Positions 15,209-20,000 of a stretch of DNA of 20,000 bases are shown here, piece after piece. The notes below the pieces were generated by a model that saw only the letters and a program-made list of their open reading frames with translations, did not search any database and had not been told where the DNA came from. A program made the translations under genes and the position numbers. Source of the DNA: an uncultured virus (IMG/VR IMGVR_UViG_3300025382_000006) (Duplodnaviria; Heunggongvirae; Uroviricota; Caudoviricetes); the IMG/VR virus record IMGVR_UViG_3300025382_000006; one strand, written 5' to 3'. Numbering within the stretch: the first letter of the stretch is position 1; each line of letters opens with the position of its first letter.

Positions 15209-16810
15209 ATGGCAAAATCACTAGACGGCGTCTTAACTAAAAAAGCGCACACTAAAGAAAAGTTCACAGAAGAACAAGTTGAACACTTGATGAAGTGTGC
15301 CGACCCTCAGACTGGCTATTTACATTTTGCCAAAAACTTTTTTCATATTCAGCATCCGGTAAAGGGCAAGGTAAAATTTGAACCTTTTGAATACCAAGAG
15401 AGATTGCTTGCCGCTTATCACGATTATAGGTTTAACATCAACATGCTACCGCGTCAAAGTGGTAAGACCACTTGTGCGTCAAGTTATCTATTATGGTATG
15501 CCATGTTTCACCCAGATCAAACTATTCTAGTGGCCGCCCACAAGTATACAGGCAGTCAGGAAATTATGCAACGTATTCGTTACGGATACGAACTGTGTGA
15601 AGACTATGTTCGCGCAGGTGTGGTAAATTATAATAAAGGGAGTATTGAATTTGAAAACGGATCAAGAATTGTTTCAGCTACTACTACTGGCAATACCGGT
15701 CGTGGTATGTCCATATCCTTACTTTATTGCGATGAGTTTGCGTTTGTTCAACCCAATATTGCAACTGAATTTTGGACCTCAATTTCACCAACCCTGGCAA
15801 CAGGTGGACGGGCAATCATTACATCAACTCCAAACAGCGACGAAGATGAATTCGCAATAATCTGGAAAGACAGCCAAGACAAGTTTGACGAATTTGGCAA
15901 CACTAAAGAAGACGGCACAGGTCGTAACGGCTTCCATGGATTCCGTGCCGAGTGGCACGAACATCCGGATCGTGATGAAAACTGGAAGAAAACTGAGATG
16001 GGTCGTATCGGCGAAGAACGTTTCCGTCGTGAATACGGTTGTGAGTTCTTGGTTTTTGACGAAACACTAATCAGCAGTCTTAAACTGGCAGAAATGAATG
16101 GTCGAGAACCTGCATTTAAGATGGGGCAAGTGCGCTGGTGGAAAAAACCCACTCCCGGACATGTATACCTTGTAGCACTAGATCCTAGTTTAGGAACCGG
16201 CGGGGACTATGGCGCAATTGAAGTATTCCAGATGCCTGAGATGGTACAAATAGCTGAATGGCAACATAATATAACACCTGTACAGGGACAGGTAAAGATT
16301 TTTAGAGATATAATAAAATATATTGCTGAAGAAATTGGAGGAGAATCTTACAATCAAATATACTACAGCGTGGAAAATAACACGGTGGGAGAAAGTGCTC
16401 TTGTAGTTATTGATAATCTAGGAGAAGAGACTTTTCCAGGAGTTTTCCTCAGCGAGCCACTACGCAAAGGGCATGTTCGTAAATTCCGTAAAGGTTTTAA
16501 CACAACTTTTGGTAACAAAATCAGTACATGCGCCAAAGTAAAATACCTAATAGAAGAAGAAAAATTAACCCTAAATAGTCGCCCGTTGATCAGCGAACTT
16601 AAAACATTTATAGCCGCTGGAACTAGTTTTAAGGCCAAGGAAGGCCAGCACGATGACCTAGTTTCTGCACTGTTGTTGATAGTACGTATGAGTTTATTAC
16701 TAGCAGAATGGGATCCGCAAGTATTTGAGCTCATGCGTGTGGTCAGCGAATTAGACGAGGACACCAGTTGGGAGCCGCCGCTACCCATATTCGTTTCCTC
16801 AGGTATGTGA
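15209..16810 (+). CDS. gp17: Terminase large subunit (T4 gp17-like)
   Basis: YQ motif; Walker A PRQSGKTT; Walker B LLYCDEFAF; coupling motif ITSTPN; FRREYGCEF; RNase H-like nuclease motifs VALDPSLG.GGDY, VENN and HDDLV. Confidence 0.95.
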   Translation: MAKSLDGVLTKKAHTKEKFTEEQVEHLMKCADPQTGYLHFAKNFFHIQHPVKGKVKFEPFEYQERLLAAYHDYRFNINMLPRQSGKTTCASSYLLWYAMFHPDQTILVAAHKYTGSQEIMQRIRYGYELCEDYVRAGVVNYNKGSIEFENGSRIVSATTTGNTGRGMSISLLYCDEFAFVQPNIATEFWTSISPTLATGGRAIITSTPNSDEDEFAIIWKDSQDKFDEFGNTKEDGTGRNGFHGFRAEWHEHPDRDENWKKTEMGRIGEERFRREYGCEFLVFDETLISSLKLAEMNGREPAFKMGQVRWWKKPTPGHVYLVALDPSLGTGGDYGAIEVFQMPEMVQIAEWQHNITPVQGQVKIFRDIIKYIAEEIGGESYNQIYYSVENNTVGESALVVIDNLGEETFPGVFLSEPLRKGHVRKFRKGFNTTFGNKISTCAKVKYLIEEEKLTLNSRPLISELKTFIAAGTSFKAKEGQHDDLVSALLLIVRMSLLLAEWDPQVFELMRVVSELDEDTSWEPPLPIFVSSGM

Positions 16811-16816
16811 TAAATA
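16811..16816 (+). promoter_or_regulatory. Late promoter core (TAAATA), 4 nt before the ATG at 16821
   Basis: tgaTAAATAtaacATG, directly after the terminase stop codon. Confidence 0.75.
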
Positions 16817-16820
16817 TAAC

Positions 16821-19346
16821 ATGAACACGAATTTAGATAAAATTGCATTGGATCTGTATGGCAAAATACAAACACGATTTTCTGACATTAAAATCGGGGA
16901 TCAGCATGCTGATGTTTTAAGCAAAAAAGAAGATATTCCCAAGGCTCGTTTCTTTGAATTTGAATATCTCGACAGTGGGAAAAAACTAGGAACCATAACA
17001 ATTACGCTCGACGATGATGACGGTGTAGTTGTGCAAACTAGCGGCGACCTAGCCAATAAACAGCATGAAGGTGCATTTAGATTTATTCGCGGATTGAGAT
17101 CATTTGCTAAAGATAGATTATTAAATTTTGATATTCAAAACATGGGCAAAAATAATTTAGATAAACGCGATTACGAATTTCAATCAAAAAGTAAAGAACA
17201 AGAACCGATGGAACCAATTATGGAAAGTAAATTATACGGCACAACAAGAATGAGCTATCAGGATCTAGGTGAGGCTAGACTAGTTGTTAAACATAGTCAA
17301 CCTATCAATACAGAACTAGCCGCTGGCCGCACTATGCATATAGAAAGTATCTATATTGAAAATGCCCAAGGTGAACGTTTCCGCTATCCATATAAACATC
17401 TTAATGGTGCTCGTGCGTTGGCAGAGCATATCAAGGCTGGCGGCAATCCGTATGATACCATTGGTCAACATATTAGCGGTCTAAGCGAAGAACTAGCACA
17501 ACTGCGTAAATTCAAAAACTATGTAGGTCGTAATAACACACTATCAGAAGCTATGGATGACATCAATGGTCGTGTGAACGAACGAATAGAAGCTGTAAAA
17601 AAAGAAGTACAAAGTCTGCAACGTCCTACATATTACAAGGCATTTGCAGAAAGTTTTGAAGCAAATGAGTCACAGGACATCCCAGAAGAAATCTTAAATG
17701 ACTGGATTGATCGTTTAACAATTCGTACATTTAATGAAGAATTAAAAACAGCTTTCCCTTATATCTATCGACTAGTTGGAGAAAATATTCCAACTAAAGA
17801 GTTGGGACCAGAAGATATTTTAGATGAGGGTAGATTCCATCATCAAGTAATTAAGTTTGCACATCATTATATGAAACATCATGATATAGATGCACTAGCT
17901 AGCGAAGATGTTGATATTATTGCTACTGAACTTAAATTACCAATGCATATAGTTATTGCTGAATTAGAACTTGCAGGAATCGCTCCACAAGATGATATGG
18001 ATGAAACTAGTGACAACCTTGGGACCGGCGGCGGCAACATACATAACGGCTACCGCGGCGATTCAGTTGCCGCAAAGGTACGTCATCATTTGGAAGCAGG
18101 CGAAGAGTACAAAGATGCACTTGCAGAAGTTAGAGCAGAAACAGGATTACATAGAGCCGCAATTGACAAACTATATCGTGAGCATTACGGAGATCCTGCA
18201 AATGTTGTCTCTAATGATCCAGAAGAACAGTTTGAAAGTTTCTTAGACCGTATCGTTAACGAAGATGGTGAAGACGACGAAGGAAAAAACGAACTGTTTA
18301 GTAAAGATCAAGCTCGTCAATCAGAAGCTTTGAATAAACTTAAAGAACTAATAAGCACTGGATTAAAGCCAGGTGTTGACGGTGTCAATGCTGTGTTAAG
18401 TCTAAAAGGTATTATAGATAGTCAAGTGTTTACAGATGAGTATTTAGAAGGTTTATCAGACGAAGATGATGTAGGAACTGCAATTAAATTGTACTTACAA
18501 GATTTGTCGTCTGGAAAAATAAGTGAACCAGATATTCCTAAAGCAAAAGATATTGCACAACAAATTATAGCAACTAAGGCCTTAAACACACCGTCTGATA
18601 CACCAGTTGGTGGAGAAGAAGCACCAGCAAGCGGAGCGGCAGGCGCGACTCCTCCAGCACCCGCACCTGGAGCAGAAGCAACTCCTCCAGCACCCGCACC
18701 TGGAGCAGAAGCAACAGCAGGAGCACCACCAGCACCCGCACCTGGAGCAGAAGCGGCAGCAGGAGCACCAGGCGCACCACCTGTGGCAGAAAGTATAAGT
18801 GGATCACATCCTAAGGCTAGACTAATTAAGGCAATACATACAGCTAAAAAACATGGCGCAAAATTAGATACTACTTTAGATTTTGGCCATAAAGAAATGA
18901 CACTACATGATTGCATACACGGGTGCGGTATGGAGCCAAAAGATTTTGGATTTGATCAAGACGACAGCGAAGATGGTGTACATCAAATGCTTAAGAGTAT
19001 AAGTGGGTTTTGGAATAAAGAAGCTAAAAATTTTACTATTGGCGGAACTCGCGCAAAAACTAAAGTTGTTAAAGATTTTAAGAACGGCGAGTTTAGTAAC
19101 GCTACCGAAGAAGACTTGCGTCATGTGTTACACATGATTGATAAGATGGATCCAAGTCATGACGGTAATGATGAATTAGGTCATATCCGTCATTTATCTG
19201 GTATGAATCAAGAACATCCACGCGATGCGGCAATGAATCACCAGATGTCAGAATTAGAGACAATGGATCAGCAACCACAAACTCATATGCAAGAATCTAT
19301 GGATGAACTAAGTAGCTGGTTAAAAATTGCAGGTTTAAGAAAGTAA
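16821..19346 (+). CDS. Large acidic hypothetical protein (841 aa), putative head/core protein with a Pro/Ala linker
   Basis: Long ORF with its own late promoter; globular-looking N-terminal ~330 aa; many hydrophobic-x-E sites; PAPAPGAEA repeats; ends in ELSSWLKIAGLRK. Confidence 0.75.
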   Translation: MNTNLDKIALDLYGKIQTRFSDIKIGDQHADVLSKKEDIPKARFFEFEYLDSGKKLGTITITLDDDDGVVVQTSGDLANKQHEGAFRFIRGLRSFAKDRLLNFDIQNMGKNNLDKRDYEFQSKSKEQEPMEPIMESKLYGTTRMSYQDLGEARLVVKHSQPINTELAAGRTMHIESIYIENAQGERFRYPYKHLNGARALAEHIKAGGNPYDTIGQHISGLSEELAQLRKFKNYVGRNNTLSEAMDDINGRVNERIEAVKKEVQSLQRPTYYKAFAESFEANESQDIPEEILNDWIDRLTIRTFNEELKTAFPYIYRLVGENIPTKELGPEDILDEGRFHHQVIKFAHHYMKHHDIDALASEDVDIIATELKLPMHIVIAELELAGIAPQDDMDETSDNLGTGGGNIHNGYRGDSVAAKVRHHLEAGEEYKDALAEVRAETGLHRAAIDKLYREHYGDPANVVSNDPEEQFESFLDRIVNEDGEDDEGKNELFSKDQARQSEALNKLKELISTGLKPGVDGVNAVLSLKGIIDSQVFTDEYLEGLSDEDDVGTAIKLYLQDLSSGKISEPDIPKAKDIAQQIIATKALNTPSDTPVGGEEAPASGAAGATPPAPAPGAEATPPAPAPGAEATAGAPPAPAPGAEAAAGAPGAPPVAESISGSHPKARLIKAIHTAKKHGAKLDTTLDFGHKEMTLHDCIHGCGMEPKDFGFDQDDSEDGVHQMLKSISGFWNKEAKNFTIGGTRAKTKVVKDFKNGEFSNATEEDLRHVLHMIDKMDPSHDGNDELGHIRHLSGMNQEHPRDAAMNHQMSELETMDQQPQTHMQESMDELSSWLKIAGLRK
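18648..18754 (+). repeat. 33 bp coding tandem repeat (TPPAPAPGAEA)
   Basis: ACTCCTCCAGCACCCGCACCTGGAGCAGAAGCA is exact at 18648-18680 and 18681-18713; a third partial copy lies at 18729-18754. Confidence 0.9.
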
Positions 19347-19355
19347 GGATTAATT

Positions 19356-20000
19356 ATGAAAAAAATTACAGAACAAGAACTAGTTGAACGTGCCATGCGT
19401 TTGAAAGAAAGATTAGCAGAATCTGAACAACAGACAGCTGAAGGCGTATTTGGAGATATTGCTGGTGCGGCCAAATCTGCGTGGAACGGCCTTACAGGTG
19501 GTACTCCAGCAGGAACAAATCCAGCACCAGCAGGAACAACTGCTCCTAAACCAGCGGCTAAATCAGATCCAGCTGTTATGAAACTTCAACAAGATTTGAT
19601 CGCCAAGGGCGCAAAAATTAAAGCTGATGGTATTATGGGACCAGCTACCCAAGCGGCACAAAAACAATTTGGCGGCGCGGCACCTACAGCACCCGCAGAA
19701 ACAACTCCTCCAACTGCACCTACACCTCCAACTGCACCAACTGCACCTACAGCACCGGCGGCCCCTGCACCAGGCGCCAATGGACAAACTGTAACTATTA
19801 ACGGCAAACAAGTTGATCCTAATAGTCCTGAAGGCAAGGCAGTTATGGCACAAGCAGGTCAAGCAGGGGATATGGCAAAACAGATGGGCGCACAAGCGCA
19901 ACAAATGGGTGCGGCGGTAACTGGTGCGGCACCTGCGGCAGGCACAACTGCTCCAGCAACTGCTCCGGCAACTGCTCCAGCGGCAACTGCTCCGGCAACT
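19356..20000 (+). CDS. Pro/Ala/Thr-rich protein with a PG_binding_1-like peptidoglycan-binding motif, 3'-truncated and absent from the ORF track
   Basis: SD AAGGA at 19345-19349, ATG at 19356, and 215 open codons to the window end (MKKITEQELVERAMRLKERLAES...). Motif DPAVMKLQQDLIAKGAKIKADGIMGPATQAAQKQF at about 19566-19670. Confidence 0.8.
   Translation, partial: MKKITEQELVERAMRLKERLAESEQQTAEGVFGDIAGAAKSAWNGLTGGTPAGTNPAPAGTTAPKPAAKSDPAVMKLQQDLIAKGAKIKADGIMGPATQAAQKQFGGAAPTAPAETTPPTAPTPPTAPTAPTAPAAPAPGANGQTVTINGKQVDPNSPEGKAVMAQAGQAGDMAKQMGAQAQQMGAAVTGAAPAAGTTAPATAPATAPAATAPAT
19681..20000 (+). repeat. Low-complexity coding repeats (PTA/PTP 9-mers and TAPA 12-mers)
   Basis: cc(a/t)ac(t/a)gca-type units at about 19710-19755 and actgctcc(a/g)gc(a/g) units at about 19947-20000. 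Confidence 0.75.

Noticed and set aside
15209..16810. Intein or intron in the large terminase
   Set aside because: The ORF is continuous at 533 aa with normally spaced ATPase and nuclease motifs and no splicing motifs.
3618..18446. Other minus-strand TAAATA matches (3618-3623, 5929-5934, 18441-18446)
   Set aside because: They lie inside coding regions, are not positioned 4-5 nt before a credible gene, and are expected by chance in AT-rich DNA. The scan was by eye and not exhaustive.
18648..18754. 33 bp repeats as a possible CRISPR array
   Set aside because: The units are directly adjacent with no unique spacers, are in frame, and encode a Pro/Ala linker; there are no cas genes in the window.
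15748..19904. Minus-strand and alternative-frame ORFs over the terminase, the 841 aa gene and the last gene
   Set aside because: They lie within well-supported plus-strand genes and are explained by codon bias and low-complexity repeats.
1..20000. Possible stop-codon reassignment, since no accepted gene ends in TAG
   Set aside because: All genes are full length under the standard code with no in-frame TAG to read through. The absence of TAG among about 16 stops is unremarkable in an AT-rich phage.

Overview
The window is a ~40% GC, densely coding morphogenesis region of a large T4-like (contractile-tailed) phage. In order it holds: a 5'-truncated LamG/SPRY adhesin-like gene, a Thr/Ser/Gly-rich tail-fibre-like gene with two small partner genes, a dNMP kinase, and a convergent overlapping HNH-like zinc-finger gene. 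Next come a very large tail sheath (1272 aa), the tail tube, a tube-like baseplate protein, a hypothetical gene, the gp4-like head-completion nuclease and a probable small terminase. These are followed by two acidic head/core-like genes, the large terminase, an 841 aa acidic head/core-like protein, and a 3'-truncated Pro/Ala-rich protein with a peptidoglycan-binding motif that the ORF track missed. Four signals stand out. (1) A T4-late-type TAAATA box sits only 4-5 nt upstream of six start codons, implying leaderless late mRNAs, while other structural genes have normal Shine-Dalgarno sites. (2) A sigma70 promoter is embedded in a long hairpin that would hide the dNMP kinase RBS in read-through transcripts. 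(3) Several acidic proteins are punctuated by prohead-protease-like (L/I/M/V)xE sites that appear to bound swappable cassettes. (4) The sheath and the adhesin show nested or permuted domains. Product calls come from motif recognition only; no database searches were run.
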